Source: Pristiophorus japonicus
Taxonomy: Eukaryota
Reading direction: 5' to 3'
DNA: 64,000 nt
Assembly: GCF_044704955.1 (NCBI RefSeq)
Contig: NC_091994.1
Span: 33,480,001 to 33,544,000 of the forward strand
Under the pieces are notes generated by a model that was not told the DNA's origin, searched no databases, and was given only the letters and a program-made list of their open reading frames with translations. Both the position numbers and the translations under genes were made by a program. Positions 1 to 13,686 of the stretch are shown here, one piece after another. Every line of letters begins with the position of its first letter. The first letter of the stretch is position 1.

Positions 1-1204
1 CCACTCAGAATGATAGCTTGTGCACCGCTCCATCGAAGGAGATCTTTACGGTAGCACTGCCGATTACAGGAATCAGTTCTTTCGTGTAAGTTCTTAGTCT
101 TGTGTGAACTGGAGTTAAGACTGGCCTTGAGGCCTTGTTGCACCACAACCTTTCGAAAGTCTTTTTGCCCATGATGGACTGGCTCGTGCCCGTGTCCAGC
201 TCCATTGACACCAGGAGTCCATTTAGTTCAACATTCAGCATTACCGGGGGACAATTCGTGGTGAATGTGTGCATCCCATGTACCTCTGCCTCCTCTATCT
301 GAGGCTCTGGTTTGTAGTGATCCTCCGTGGTTCTGTCCTCCTCTGCAACGTGGTGGTTTGCAGGTTTAACAGGCTTTGCAGCTCGCCTGCACACTCATTG
401 GAGGTGTCCCATTGTTCCACAGCCCTTGGAAATGTATCCTTTGAATCGGCATGAATGGAAACAATGATCACCCGCGCAGTGTCAACAAGGTGTTAATGGC
501 CTTGCATTCATCATCCTTGATGGTGGACTCTGAGACATTTGCGGACATGTAGATGCAGGTATGTGTGACCTGCCCTGTATGTTACGATTCGAAAACAACA
601 TCACTTTGTTCACAGTACTTGTAGCAGCACTTGTGCACTGAGAGATTTGCTTAATATTGTCACTGGTGGCAATGAACACCTGGGCTATCGCTATGGCCTT
701 ACTCAAGGTTGGGGTCTCTACAGTCAAAAGCTTGCGAAGTATGGTTTCGTGACCAATGTCAAGTACAAAAAAGTCTCTGAGTATGTGCTCCAAATGTCCT
801 TCAAATTCGCAATGTCCTGCAAGGTGTCTCAGCTCGGCGACATAACTCGCCACTTCTTGGCCTTCAGACCTTTTGTAGGTGTAGAACCGATACCTCGCCA
901 TCCTTCGCTTTCCTTCGGGTTCAAATGCTCTCGGACCAGTGTGTACAAATCGTTGTATGATTTCTCCATGGGTTTCGCTGGAGTGAGCAGATTCTTCATG
1001 AGGCCAAACGTTGGTGCCCCACAGATGGTGAGGAGGATCGCTCTACGTTTGGCAGCGCTCTCTTCCCCATCTAGCTCGTTGGTCACGAAGTATTGGTCGA
1101 GTCGCTCCACTAAAGTTTCCCAATCATCTCCCTCCGAAAATTTCTCCAGGGATGCCCACTGTTCTCTGCATCTTTGGGTTTGCTATCTGTATCTCGTCGC
1201 CAGT
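1..1204 (-). mobile_element. Gypsy LTR retrotransposon internal region (degenerate gag + aspartic protease), continues beyond the left edge
   Basis: Gag-like ORFs 829-1110 (ERLDQYF...KRRAILLT) and 482-901 (RYRFYT...LRDFFV), in different frames; protease ORF 5-394 with MELDTG motif; PBS TGGCGACGAG at 1193-1202. Confidence 0.88.
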
Positions 1205-1415
1205 TGTTGTGTAAGTAGAAAGAGTCAGACTGAACACTGTGAGCTCAAAGTAAAGTGTGACCGTAGTCTTTTATTGCAGGTCTCCAGAGTGCCTGTCCAA
1301 CCTGTGAAGCCTTCTTAAATACCTGTGCTCCCAAGGGATTATGGGATCCCTTGGGACTCCGGGGAATGAGCCCTCTGGTGCTGTACAGAGTAAATACAAG
1401 TCCACATATATAACA
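1205..1415 (-). mobile_element. 5' LTR of the Gypsy element (211 bp)
   Basis: Minus strand begins TGTTA and ends AACA, contains AATAAA, and is followed after 2 nt by the PBS. Confidence 0.82.
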
Positions 1416-1740
1416 GTAGTACTAAGGGAGTCCTGCATTGTTGTAGGTTCTACCTTCTAATGAGGTGTTCCATCAAAGTCCCATCAATTTACTCGACTAG
1501 TTCAGGTGAACATTAAAGATCCAATTGCATTAACTGAAGAGCAGGGAGTTCCCCTGCTGTCCTAATCAAACAGTCATCCCTCAAGCAAAGTTACTAAAAC
1601 TAGTCATTCATCTCATTGTTGATTGTGGAATCTTGCTTAGGTCAAAATGGCTGCTACATTTGCCTACATAGTACAAGTCACTGCACTGCAATAGCAATAT
1701 TTGAAAGGCTTTGGGGTGCTTCTGAGAGCTATGTAAAGAT
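1416..1740 (+). mobile_element. Degenerate Deu-domain SINE (SacSINE1/AmnSINE1-like)
   Basis: Shares motifs with the 16370/18690 copy: gtactaagggagt..., aaagatcc...gaagagcagggagtt, tggctgctacatttgcctacat. Confidence 0.55.
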
Positions 1741-2277
1741 TTCAGATGAAAACTAGTCTATCTTTAGATGCTTTTGCATAGGTATTTGTTTAATTTAGAT
1801 TGCGGCAGACAATGCTTGTGCACGCCCATTTAAATCTGTCTCTCTTATCCCAATGGTAGAATCATACACCCACTGTTTCTATTGCATTATCTGTGAAGAA
1901 TAAAAACTTTATTTACCTTTTTTAAAAAATCTTAGTGTAAAAATAAGGATCCCCTTTCTTAATCATCTAGTTAATATTAAATTGTAATTACTTATCTCGA
2001 ATGTAACCATGTCTTGATATATCTACTGGAATTCATATGGCATGAGAGGCCTTGAGAGAAACATCAACATTTTCTTAATTTTCATAGAGCCATTATGCAC
2101 AGCACCTGCACAGGCCACAGCTGGAATGCCAAACATTTTATGGCTATTTACTGTGTGAGACTGGGAGAAGTTTCTTCAAACTCACTGCCTCATTAGCCAT
2201 CTCCATCTTTGGCAGTGGCAATTTCTAGCTGCAATTTTTCCTACTTTGCTGCAATGTCATTGGTGTGTGTGCTGAGG

Positions 2278-3027
2278 TTAGAGAATCAGACACATCCTTG
2301 AATGCTGTCCATGTGCTCGGGAATGATTCATCCCTCTGCCATTCAGCTTGGTCCTAGCAGGGCAATAGCATACCATTGCAGGACTCTCTGAATAGCGTCT
2401 CTTTTGGCTCTGATGGAGAATGATGCGGTAGGTCCCAGTAATGGGACTGTGGGAGTCCCAACTATGGTTATTACAGATGTGTTCCTCTGTAATTCCCAGG
2501 CCCCTCAATACTTTCTTCACCTCTCTTTCCTCTTCGTTTAGATGTATAGAGCTGGCTAGGTGGGCTGGATCCAAGTGAAATGGTTGGTATGGTTCTGGAC
2601 ATTCCATCCCCCTCAGCCATAGACTGTCCAGGATGTTTGCCAGGGTGTAGCGGTTTGTCGGGATGGGTTGAAGAATTCCATGGATTAGTTTCTGGCAGTG
2701 ATCCGATACATAGGCTGGAATTGTGTATGATCCTACTAAAATGCACTCTTTCAGCTTCCTAATATTGTGTGCACGGAAAGGAAAGGTTGCTGTCACCATG
2801 AAGTACAGCAGGATGCCCAGAGCCCAAATGTCCACGTGGATTCCAAAGTAGCTCTTCTCTCCAAATAACTCTGGGGCTGCATATTGAGGGGAGCCACAAC
2901 AAGTGTTTAAAGGTTCATTCACAGGATGCAGAACACTGAAGCCAAAGTCACCCACCTTCACACAGTTAGTAGTTGAGTAGAACACATTTTCTGCCTTGAG
3001 ATCCCGATGGACCACATTGTTCTCATG
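2278..3027 (-). CDS. NIM1K: NIM1-type Ser/Thr kinase, last coding exon (subdomains VIb-XI and C-terminal tail)
   Basis: Acceptor ttttcAG at 3029-3028; [35 protein letters not shown]; TAA at 2280-2278; ends CLIL; 750 nt, phase 0. Confidence 0.92.
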   Translation of the reverse strand, partial: HENNVVHRDLKAENVFYSTTNCVKVGDFGFSVLHPVNEPLNTCCGSPQYAAPELFGEKSYFGIHVDIWALGILLYFMVTATFPFRAHNIRKLKECILVGSYTIPAYVSDHCQKLIHGILQPIPTNRYTLANILDSLWLRGMECPEPYQPFHLDPAHLASSIHLNEEEREVKKVLRGLGITEEHICNNHSWDSHSPITGTYRIILHQSQKRRYSESPAMVCYCPARTKLNGRGMNHSRAHGQHSRMCLIL

Positions 3028-3454
3028 CTGAAAAGGAAAACGGAAAGTTAAGCAGGCAAAATATGAAGCAATCAGCAAAGAAGAGATGGAAGAAATGAGA
3101 AGTTAATAGCCTGTCAGTTGTAATAAATGGATCAGGACCACCAAACATCAGGGCTACCACCAGCACCAGCTCCATCACTCCATCCCAGTAATGACTTCTC
3201 CCCAGAGCATAGCCAGGATTTGCAATATTATCATCCCTTTCTTTTCATTTCTCCCACACTATGTTCTCAGTCCTCTACCAATGCTGCTCCTAAATCTCTA
3301 CCAGTATTGCTTCCTGGTCTCTGTCACTACTGGTCCTTTGCTTCTATCAATGCTGCTCCAAGACCTCCATCAACACTGTTCCCACTACCAGTTGGCTAAT
3401 CAGAGATGGCATATAATAACCTGAAATAATATGTAATAATGATGACTTATCTTT

Positions 3455-3960
3455 TTAGAGACACTGGAGATTGTGCAAGAAATATTTACAAGGATGATAC
3501 CAGACCTGAGAGGTAATACCTATGAGGCAAGATTGAACAGGCTGGGGCTCTTTTCTCTAGCACAGCGAAGGCTGAGTGGTGATCTAATAGAGGTATTTAT
3601 GATTATAATAAGGCAGACTCAATCACGGCTTTCAAAAGGGAGTCGGATGAGTACCTGAAAGAAAATAAATTGCAGGGCTACAGGGAAAGGTTGGGGGAGT
3701 AGGACAAGCTTAAATGCTCTTGCAGAGAGCTGAATGGCCTTCTTCCGTGCTGTAACCATTCTATGATTCACAGGGAGTGGTTAAGGAGAATAACATACAT
3801 GTATTTAAGGGGAGACAAGATAAACACTTGGGGGAGCAAGGAATAGAAGGCTATGCTCATAGGGTTAGATGAAGAGGGATGGGAGGAGGCTTGTGTGGAG
3901 CATAAACTCCAGCATAGACCAGTTGGGCCAAATGGCCTGTTTTTGTGCTGTACATTCTAT
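3455..3960 (+). mobile_element. Old CR1 LINE 3' fragments
   Basis: ORF 3473-3658 FTRMIP...YEARLNRLGLFSL...GDLIEVF, typical CR1 ORF2 C-terminus; CR1-like 3' UTR motifs. Confidence 0.7.
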
Positions 3961-4743
3961 GTTATTACTTTCCCTCATTCTGCAAATATCTGACTATTAA
4001 ATGGAATATCATCAGGTTTGGAGAATAACCCCATCCTCCACACTCAACCTCACTCTCTGGATTACAAATCCCTGGCTGTGGGTTAGATGGTCAGAGAAAG
4101 TGATCAGGTACAACAATGGGACTTTGATCGAGAGCTGATCAAGTTCCTCAAGATGGGAATCCACCACTGGAAACCACCCTGACAATAATAGATACAACAA
4201 CAACTTGCATGGAATAGCACATTTAATGTAGTAGCATGTCCTCAGACACTGAGCAGCAGTGGAAGAGTGAAAGGAGGTGAACAATTGTGGAGGGCAGTGC
4301 CTGAGGAAACATTAATGATATCAACAAACATTGGGCCAAGAAGAGGTAGTTGTACCCTGAGGTTGAGTTGCCGTCAAAGAAACAGGAAGTTCCTTACATG
4401 GGGGAAACAAGCCAGAGACGGTGGAGGTAGGGAAATGCGGGAGATCCTATAGTGCAACCAAAGTGCGATGGTGGTGGAGAGGATGGACGTTGAGTCCAAA
4501 GACAGAGGGCTGGATTTTTGGCTCGCTTGCGCCTCTATTAGCGCCATGGAGAGGTGGTATAGGGTGTTTCTAAGCGTTACGGTGAGCTTCCAGCTTTTAC
4601 TGCCTGACCGGCAAATTCGGCTCATGGTTTGCGGCGGTGCAAAAACTTACCGTCCTGCCCTCTAGTTTCACTGAGATCATGACGTCAATCATCGTACATT
4701 GCTCCGCTAGCGCCCCGGATGCAAAATTAGGTCCTAACGCCTC

Positions 4744-5668
4744 ATGCTGGGGCCTCAACTATTTATAATCTATATTAATGATTTGGATGAAGGGACCGAG
4801 TGTAATGTAGCCAAGTTTGCTGATGATACAAAAATGTTTGAGAAAGCAAGTTGTGAGGAGGACACAAAAAATCTGCAAAGGGGTATAGACAGGCTAAGTG
4901 AGTGGGCAAACATTTGGCAGATGGAGTATAATGTGGGAAAGTGAGAGGTTATCCACTTTGGCAAAAAAAATTAAAAAGCAAATTATTATTTAAATGGAAA
5001 GAAATTACAAAATGCTGCAGTTCAGAGGGACCTGGAGGTCCTTGTGCATGAAACACAAAAAAGTTAATATGCAGGTACAGCAAGTGATCAGGAAGGCAAA
5101 TGGAATGTTGGCCTTTATTGCAAAGGGGTTGGAGTATAAAAGAAGAGAAGTCCTGCTACAACTGTACAGGGTATTGGTGAGGCCACACCTAGAGTGCTGC
5201 ATAGAGTTTTGGTCTCCTTATTTAAGGAGGGATACACTTGCATTGGAGGCAGTTCAGTGAAGGGTCACTTGGTTGATTCCTGAGATGAAGGGGTTGACTT
5301 ATGAAGAAAGGTTGAGTAGGTTGGCCCGATCCTCGGTGGAGCTTAGAAAGATGAGAGGTGGTCTTATTGAAACATATAAGATAATGAGGGGGCGCGACAA
5401 GGTAGATGCAGAGAGGATATTTCCCCTCGTGGGGAATCTAGAACTAGGGGCATCATTTCAGAATAAGGGGTCGTCCATTTAAAATAGAGATGAGGAGGAA
5501 TTTCTTCTCTCAGAGGGTTGTAAATCTATGGAATTCTCTGCCCCAGAGAGCTGTGGAGGCTGGGTCATTGAATATATTTAAGGTGGAGATAGACAGATTT
5601 TTGAGCAATAAGAGCGTGCAGGGTTATGGGGAGCCGGAGGGGAAGTGGAGCTGAGCCCATGATCAGAT
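4744..5668 (+). mobile_element. 5'-truncated CR1 LINE; 3' UTR resumes at 10771-10870 after an RTE insertion
   Basis: LGPQLF..YINDL..KFADDTK RT motifs; the UTR is interrupted at a 22-bp duplicated target. Confidence 0.88.
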
Positions 5669-8600
5669 TTTTAATCGAAATACTTTTAAACACCTGTTAT
5701 TGATCTACATCTTTTACTTTTTAACAACCTTTAGAAACTTGTTAAATAAATTGTGAATTTTCATCAACTTTTAGTCAACTCTTAATCTTTTTAAACAATT
5801 TGGAAATACTTTTAAACTTCTAAAATACATCTCAGACTTTTTAACAACTCTTAGAAACTTTTTAAACAAATTGGGATTTTTTATCAACTTTTAACTTTTA
5901 AAATAACTTTGAAAGTGACCTTCCTAATGCCTGCCCCCCAACCAAGCCTCGAGCCATCTACCACCAATTACGCTACTCGGCGTCGAGCTTGCGGCCAACA
6001 CCTCGCTGTAGGCAAGTAGGCTTATACAGCTGTGCCTGGTCTCCAGTTGTCTTGGACCCCCTTGCCACTGGACCAAGACCTTTGCTCAGCTAAGCCCGTG
6101 TGGTTGCCGGTGTGCAGTGGCCACCCCACGTTAAAAGAACTCACGCACAGGCATCTTCCACTTCGTGAGTATGAAGTTCGGGACCTGGAACGTCAGGACC
6201 CTCATGGACAATTCCAACAGCAACAGACCGGAACACCGCACCACCATAGTTGCCCGAGAACTCAGACATTTTGACATTGACTAAGCAAGACCCGGAGGGC
6301 AGGGAAAGGCCAGTTGAAGGAACATGGTGGAGGTCATATCTTTTTCTGGAAAGGAAAACCAGAGGAAGAACGCTGCCTTCATGGAGTCCACTTTGCCGTC
6401 AAGAATGAACTGGTCGACTGCCTCAAAGACTCCCCCTGTGGGATTAACAAACGCCTCATGACTCTTCGTCTCACCCTATCTCAGAACCAATGTGCCACAG
6501 TCATCAGTGCGTATGCCCCTACACTCAATGCAACGGATGAGGCTAAAGAGGGTTTTTATTCCAACCTCGGGACATCCTTGTCCTGCGTCCCCATGGACGA
6601 CAAATTGATCCTCCTGGGTGATTTTAATGCCAGGGTTGGGAAAGACACAGCCCTCTGGGGAGACGTGATTGGCAGAGAGTGGGTAGGAAAAGCCAACTCC
6701 AGTGGTACCCTACTCCTGACAAAATGTCTAGAACATGCACTCCTCATCACCAACACCCTGTTCCACCAAATACAAGGCATCGTGGCAACACCCTCGCTCC
6801 AAACACTGGCACCTGCTTGACAATGTCATCATCCGAGCCAGGGATCGCAAGGATGTGCGCATCACCCGCGCCATGACAGGAGCTGACGACTGCTGGACGG
6901 ACCACTGTCTAATCCGATCCATCATCAACATTAACATAGCCCCAAAGCAGAGGGGACAGCAGAAGCAGTGCCGCAAAAAAGTTAATGCCAGGGCACTGAG
7001 AGACCCAGCAAAGAGAGCTCTATATAGCCAGCACCTCACAGCCAATCTGGCGTGTCTTGATGACCCTGAGATGCTGAATCCCCATAGCGCTTGGTCTGCC
7101 CTCCAGGCCTCTATAACTAGTGCCTGTGATAAGACACTTGGTTACTCAACCAGAAAACATCAAGACTGGTTTGATGAAAATGATCAGGAGATCGAAGAAC
7201 TAATAGATCGCAAGCACAAAGCATTTCTGGCCCTCAAGCAACAACCCAACTCGGGAGCTGCAAAACAACATTGTAGATGGCTCAAAGCTCAGGTCCAACA
7301 TAAAACCCTGGACCTAAAGAACAAGTGGTGGATGGAGAAAGCACAGGAGATACAACAACTGGCCGACAGCCATGATATGCGAGGATTCTTCATTGCAGTC
7401 AAGGCCACCTACGGTCAAATTCCCAAGGCCCCATCCCACTCCTGGCCAAGAATGGGGAAACACTCATCAAGGACACCGAGCCCAATGGAAGGAGCACTTT
7501 GAAGATCTCCTGAATCGAGACTCTGCCTTTGACTTGAGTATTCTCAACTCCATCCCGCAGCATGCGACCCGCCACCAACTCAGTGAAACTCCAACTTTGC
7601 ACGAGGTAGGCAAAGCCATAAAACAGCTCAAGAACAACAAGGCTATGGGTGCAGATGGAATCCCTGCCGAGGCGCTAAAGTATGGCGGAGAGGTGCTGTT
7701 GGCACGAATACATGACCTCACCTCTCTCATCTGCAGGGAGGAGAGCATGACGGGAGATCTCAGAGATGCAGTGATTGTGACCATTTTTTAAAAAGGGGAC
7801 AAGTCCGACTGCGCCAACTACAGGGGAATCTCCCTGCTATCAGCCACTGGGAAGGTTGTCGCTAGCGTTCTCCTCAACTGTCTTCTCCCTGTGGCCGAGG
7901 AGCTCCTCCTGGAATCACAGTGCGGATTTCGTCCCCTACGGAGCACAACAGACATGATCTTTGCAGCACGACAGCTGCAGGAAAAATGCAGGGAGCAGCA
8001 CCAGCCCTTATATATGTAAGGGAGGATGAAAACCCCTCATTTTACCCAGAAGGAAAAGAGCTGTGGGATCTGTCTGTGCTGCAGCAGACCAGTGTCCTGG
8101 AAGGAACAGGGAACCCAGAACCAGATGTGGATTGAAACTGAGAAGATGTGGCCTTGGCAGGGCAGTGATTGAACGGGGGAGGACACCGGAGGGCCAATGG
8201 TGGGACAGAGTCAGCCCAAAGCAAGGGACTCCAAGCCAATGGGAGTGCCCTTGCTCGAAAACGCGGGACTGACTCATCACCGATACCGGGCTATTGCCTC
8301 CCCCACGTTTACACTATGGAGGGATATTATGCAGGCCTTAAGAAAACTAGGGAACCCAAAACAAACCGAGGGCCCACACCCTGCCAATCCAATTAACACC
8401 TACTCAACCCTTGATTAGGTTAACATCAGGGATGGCCAGTGGAAAAACCTCACGAAATCCAACAGCTGCATTTATCAAAAATCACAAGCCCACCAATGGG
8501 AAGGATTTATTTCAGCACGCAAGTCTGGCTGGATAACTGGATATAAGAAGGGGTTTCTGCCCTGACAAGTTGTTCCGTTCTCGTGTTCCAGCAAGCAGTC

Positions 8601-10770
8601 AGCCTTTCGACACAGAAGCAAGACCAGTGTCCGAAGACACCGAAGACAGAAGAAGCAAACCACCATCCCGAGACAGCATCAGTTCAGCCTCCTTTCGCTA
8701 CTGGAGACTGAACCTTTTCTTTTTCCACAAGGATCTTCCCCTGAGAGCTGGACGCAGGTAGATCCACAGCAACAACAAGACGCAACCAAGTTTCCAAGAA
8801 AATCACAACCGAAAAAGTAACTTCAAGATCCTGAAGATAGCAAAAGGAGAACCCCAAAATCGCGTTTTGACCTGGAAAGACTGTAAAGGCTGTGGTGAGT
8901 ATAATCTCTGGTCCCCAGAAGCCCCATCTCAGTTAGTCAGGAAGGTGGGAGGTTGGGCATTGCACTGCTGTTAAACTTGTGTAAAAATTTTCATTGTGTC
9001 CATTTAGTGGGATTTAGGGGGATTGTTTTGTTGGTGTATTGCTGTTTGTTGAGATACACCTTGTCAAATAAATTGGAAGCTTAAAGTTCCTCTTGGAATC
9101 GCCTCGTCTCAGTTCTATTGTATTACATCTCCTGATCGTGAGTCTTGTGTCAGAATAGTGTAAGGGAAGCCAGGAGCACCTCGAAAAAGCTCAACTGTGT
9201 GCCACAGGCTAGGGAAGAAAGGGGTTAGGAGTGTTTGACACTCACAGGTGCCTCATGGGGACGCACGAGTCTCAAAACCCCCTTCACAAGCTGTGGACAC
9301 AGTCTCTCCAGGAGTGTTCTTGCAGCACTCAGGGTACCTCACAGGCCAGGCATAAGCTGTGAGGGCAGAAGCCCAGAGAGAGACACCCAAGGCACAACAC
9401 TCCCCAGAACCCCTTACATATATGGCCTTCTTCGATCTTACAAAGGTCTTTGACACTGTCAACCGTGAGGGTTTATGGAGCGTCCTCCTCCGTTTCGGAT
9501 GCCCCCAAAAGTTTGTCAACATCCTTCGCCTGCTTCACGTTGACATGCAGGCCGTGATCCTTACCAATCCAATTCACGTCCAGACCGGGGTCAAACCGGG
9601 CTGCGTCATCACTCCAACCCTCTTCTCAATCTTCCTCGCCGCCATGCTCCACCTCACAATCAACAAGCTACCCGCTGGAGTGGAACTAAACTATAGAACC
9701 AGTGGGAAACTGTTTAACCTACGCAGCCTCCAGGCCAGGTCCAAGATCACCCCAACCTCTGTCGTTGAGCTGCAGTACGCGGACGACGTCTGCGTCTGAG
9801 CACATTCTGAGGCTGAACTCCAGGATATAGTCAATGTATTCACTGAGGCATATGAAAGCAGAGGCCTTACGCTTAACATCTGTAAGACAAATGTCCTCCA
9901 CCAGCCTGCCGCACAGCACTGCTCTCCAATCATCAAGATTCACGGCGCGGCCCTCGACAACGTGAACCATTTCCCATATCTCGGGAGTCTCTTATCAACA
10001 AAGGCAGACATTGATGCGGAGATTCAACATCACCTCCAGTGCGTTAGTGCAGCCTTCGGCCGTCTATGGAAAAGAGTGTTTGAAGACCTGGCCCTCAAAT
10101 CTACCAAGCTCATGGTCTACAGGGCTGTAGTAATACCCCTCCTGTATGGATCTGAGGCATGAGCGATGTATAGTAGGCACCACAAGTCGCTGGAGATATA
10201 TCACCAACGGTGTCTCTGCAAGATCCTGCAAATCCCCTGGGAGGACAGGCGCACCAACATCAGTGCCCTCGTCCAGGCTAACATTCCCAGTATTGAAGTA
10301 CTGACCACACTCGATCAGCTTCGCAGGGCAGGCCACATAGTTCGCATGCCAGATATGAGACTCCCTAAGCAAATGCTTTATGCGGAGCTTATTCATGGTA
10401 AACGAGCCAAAGGTGGGCAGCAGAAGCGTTACAAGGACACCCTCAAAACCTCCCTGATAAAGTGCGACATCACTACTGACATCTGGGAGTCCCTGGCCGA
10501 AGACCGCCCGAGGTGGAGAAAGTGTATCCAGGAGGGTGTTGAATTCTTCGAGTCTCAACGCAAAAAGCGTGAAGAGGTCAGGCGCAGACAACGGAAGGAG
10601 CGCATGGCAAACCAGCCCCACCCACCCTTTCCCTCGACGAATATCTATCCCACCTGTGGCAGAGTCTGTGGCTCTCGTATTGGACTGTTCAGCCACCAGA
10701 GAACTCACTTTGGGATTGGAAGCAAGTCTTCCTCGATTCCGAGGGACTGCCTGTGATGATGATGACAGGG
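5669..10770 (+). mobile_element. Near full-length RTE-clade (BovB-like) LINE, frameshifted, with a 22-bp TSD
   Basis: AP-endonuclease (SAYAPT, LLGDFNARVG), RT (QYADD at ~9773), C-terminal C2H2-like motif (CGRVCGSRIGLFSHQRTH), (GAT)n tail; TSD ggagctgagcccatgatcagat at 5647-5668 and 10771-10792. Confidence 0.92.
8015..9418 (+). mobile_element. Solo LTR (1404 bp) inserted in the RTE RT region
   Basis: Termini TGTAAGGG...CCCTTACA (8-bp inverted); TSD TATA at 8011-8014 and 9419-9422; internal TATA-like site ~8541 and AATAAA ~9067; RTE sequence resumes exactly after it. Confidence 0.88.
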
Positions 10771-11479
10771 GGAGCTGAGCCCATGATCAGATCAGCCATA
10801 ATCTTATTGAATGGCGGAGCAGGCTCAAGGGGCAAAATGGCCTACTCCTGCTCTTATTTCTTATGTTCTTAACTACTCGCCCCAGGAAATGTCTGAAAAT
10901 CCAGGCATTCCCAGGGTGCAGCAGGCACTAATGGCAGCGTATTTAAATGGCGGGATGAGGATCCTACATTTCAGGTCACATTGACTGCAACGGTTGCGTA
11001 CATCACACTGAGTGGAGCTCCGACTTGAAAGCGGCAGTTTTATCTGCCATTGCAGTGTCCTTACAACATCAGTGATAGAATTTAATGGGGGCATTACTAG
11101 TTCGCCAGTGTATCATGCTGCATTCTAGTGCCAGGTGGCATCAAGGTGGAAGAAGGGCTCTTGGCCATGTCAGCCCACGGATCAGGAGAGGCCGAAGACG
11201 TCTGGGGAGGAGGGCTTACATAACATAAGAAATAACAGTAGGAGTAGGCCCTATGGCTCCTTGAGCCTGCTCCGCCATTCAAAGAGATCAGGGCTGATCA
11301 TCAACCTCAACACTTTACTGCCCGATTTCCATATCAGAGCCTCCCCGGTTTTTTATCCTCCGCCGCTGCTGGAGTCTTTCCACAGGTTTACAGGCACCAA
11401 CACTGATACCTCCAGTTCTCTGAGAAGCAATGTGTGAGAAGGCTCCTTCCATGCTGTAAATTTCTATGATTCTATAAGC

Positions 11480-12640
11480 CAAGCAGCGCTACAATGAGAG
11501 CCATGCAGCTACCTGCAACATCATCAAACAGACAGCTGGGCAGCTTCCGATGCCTGGACCGCTCTGGAGGCAGCCTTCAATACTCCCCTCCACAGGTCTC
11601 CGAATTCATTGTGGTGTGCTGCATGCTACACAACCTGGCCATCACTAGGAGCCAGGCATTGCCAGTGGGGATTGCAGGCCCTATGCAGGAGGAGGAGGAT
11701 GACGAAGAGGAGCCTGGCGAGGCACCGATTAGACAACCACCCTATCCACAGGGGAGGCAACCTACTTCAGACACAGCAGGAGAGATGGTGAAGAAAGAGG
11801 GCAGGCAGCGTGACATAAGATTCTCTCCAGAGCCTGCTGAGGCCTTTGAGAGGAGGTGGTCTGCACTCTATCTGGTTGTGGTGGGGGTGGGGGGGAGGGG
11901 TGAGGCCGTTGCCCAGCATATTTAAAAGAATCTGGAGAGAGATTACACAGGAGGTTTCAGCGGCAGACACGGCTGCCAGAACTGGCACACAATGCTGCAA
12001 GAAGTTCAATGACCTCACAAGGGTCATCAGGGTGAGTACCCTTCACATTTATGTAGGCCTGCCATGCTTGCAAGATCAATGTCTCACACAATGTTAACTC
12101 TTTGATGGAGCTGCCCCTTCTCAATGTGATGCAGGCCATGATGTGGGTTGTAGAATGCAGCAGAAAGCTGGAGGCTCACTTCTCCAGCCATTGCCTCTGC
12201 ATTCAGGATGCACCTACCCTCTTGTACCCTAATCATTGTCAAGCCTCCTTGCACTCCACTCCCACTGCTGATATGCATTTTACAAACATCACCCTGAGCC
12301 GCAATGCTACCTGCCTCTCACCTCCTCCCAATCTTTGAAAAACCTCCGTCAACAGATTGAAGTGACAACATTTGCATATCCACACATAGTAGCTATTGAA
12401 CTATGGAAGGCAAATGTAGCTCAACAAGAGGTGGACCTTTACTGAACCCTTCTTCTTGCTCTTATTGCAGAGCCAAGCTCTCCCACAACGGACAGGAGCA
12501 ACGACGAACAGGAGGCGGACAGCCACAGTTGCTGGAGTTTACTGATGTGGAGTAGCAAGTCTCGGTCCTCATGGGCACCCAGTTTGCACAGCGGCCGGGG
12601 GCGATGTCGAACTCTCTTCGGGTAGTGAGGGTATGTGAAT
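11480..12640 (+). mobile_element. Degenerate PIF/Harbinger transposon remnants (transposase and Myb/SANT gene fragments)
   Basis: FRCLDRSGGSLQYSP..IVVCCMLHNLA (HARBI1-like DDE C-terminus); IWREI..EVS...RTGTQCCKKFNDL (Myb/SANT); HN..EQRRTGGG at ~12480. Confidence 0.75.
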
Positions 12641-13417
12641 GTGACTTCATTGATCCCTAATGTGAAGTGGCCTAGCCCCTTTACATATACATGTCCAATG
12701 CTACCTTCCTACTATCACCTGGAGATGCTGCCGGAGCAAGAGTTGCACGTCGCCAGCTCATAATGGATCAGTTTGCTTGAATGGAGGAAGCTGAGGGATG
12801 CAGCTAATGCTGGTCATGCTATGTGCCACCATAAAGGCACATCTACGCTGAGCTTTGGAATGATACACATGACACCAACAGCAAAGGGTGAAAGTGATAT
12901 TTAAACAAAAAAGTAACAATCCCCCTCCCACCAAAACATGACCATACAATAAACAGCGTTCTGCTACAAGTAACTCAGCAAGAAGTTTACTAATGAAAAA
13001 CAACTATTTACATGCGTACTCAGAATACATTAAGACATCTACACAAGGTTGTCCTACCCTTTAATGGGACTTGTCCTGAGATTCCACCCCCCCATCCCGC
13101 CCTTCCCTTCATCTCCTCCCACGCCAGCTGCTCCTCCTCAATGAGGCTTCAGTGCCTACAGCAAGGCTGCTTGAGGGCTGCTGCATTGGTGGGCCAGATC
13201 ATGCAGACGGTCTAGGAGGGCGCCCTGGACCAGCTCTGGGCCTGGAAGGCCTGGCTACGGACTGCTGCGCCTCAGCATTGGTGGAAGCAGTCTTTGATGG
13301 CTCGGGTGTATGAGATCAGTCCAATTCAGTGGTGTGTAGAGAAGACCGTATCAATTTAAAGATGACCCTACAAGGCAGACAATCTTGTTTTTAGCCAAGA
13401 CTACATTTCCCACTTAC

Positions 13418-13686
13418 CATATGTTTGACAGCCGATACAATCTGAACAAATATAAATTTACTCTCATATTCCAAGAACCGTCCCTGGATGCAGACTCTGT
13501 TGAACAGATCCCCTTGCTCAGCATACTCCAAGACCAAGTGCAGCCGAGTTTGTGTCTCTAGCACCTCGTACAGCCGGATGATGTTCGGATGATGAAGTTG
13601 TTCCATACTCAAAACTTCATTTGCGAACAGTTGCCGTGCCTTGTTGATCATATGCTTTTTATCCATGATCTTAATCGCTACCTTTT
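13418..13686 (-). CDS. NIM1K: NIM1-type kinase, middle coding exon (VAIK, alphaC, hinge)
   Basis: Acceptor tttgtAG at 13688-13687; (E)KVAIKIMDKK...HHPNIIRLYEV...QIVSAVKHM; donor GTAAGT at 13417; 269 nt, phases fit both neighbours. Confidence 0.93.

Noticed and set aside
647-1318. Long antisense ORFs over retroelements (also 10064-10708, 29913-30614, 57460-58191)
   Set aside because: Shadow frames opposite gag or LINE ORFs
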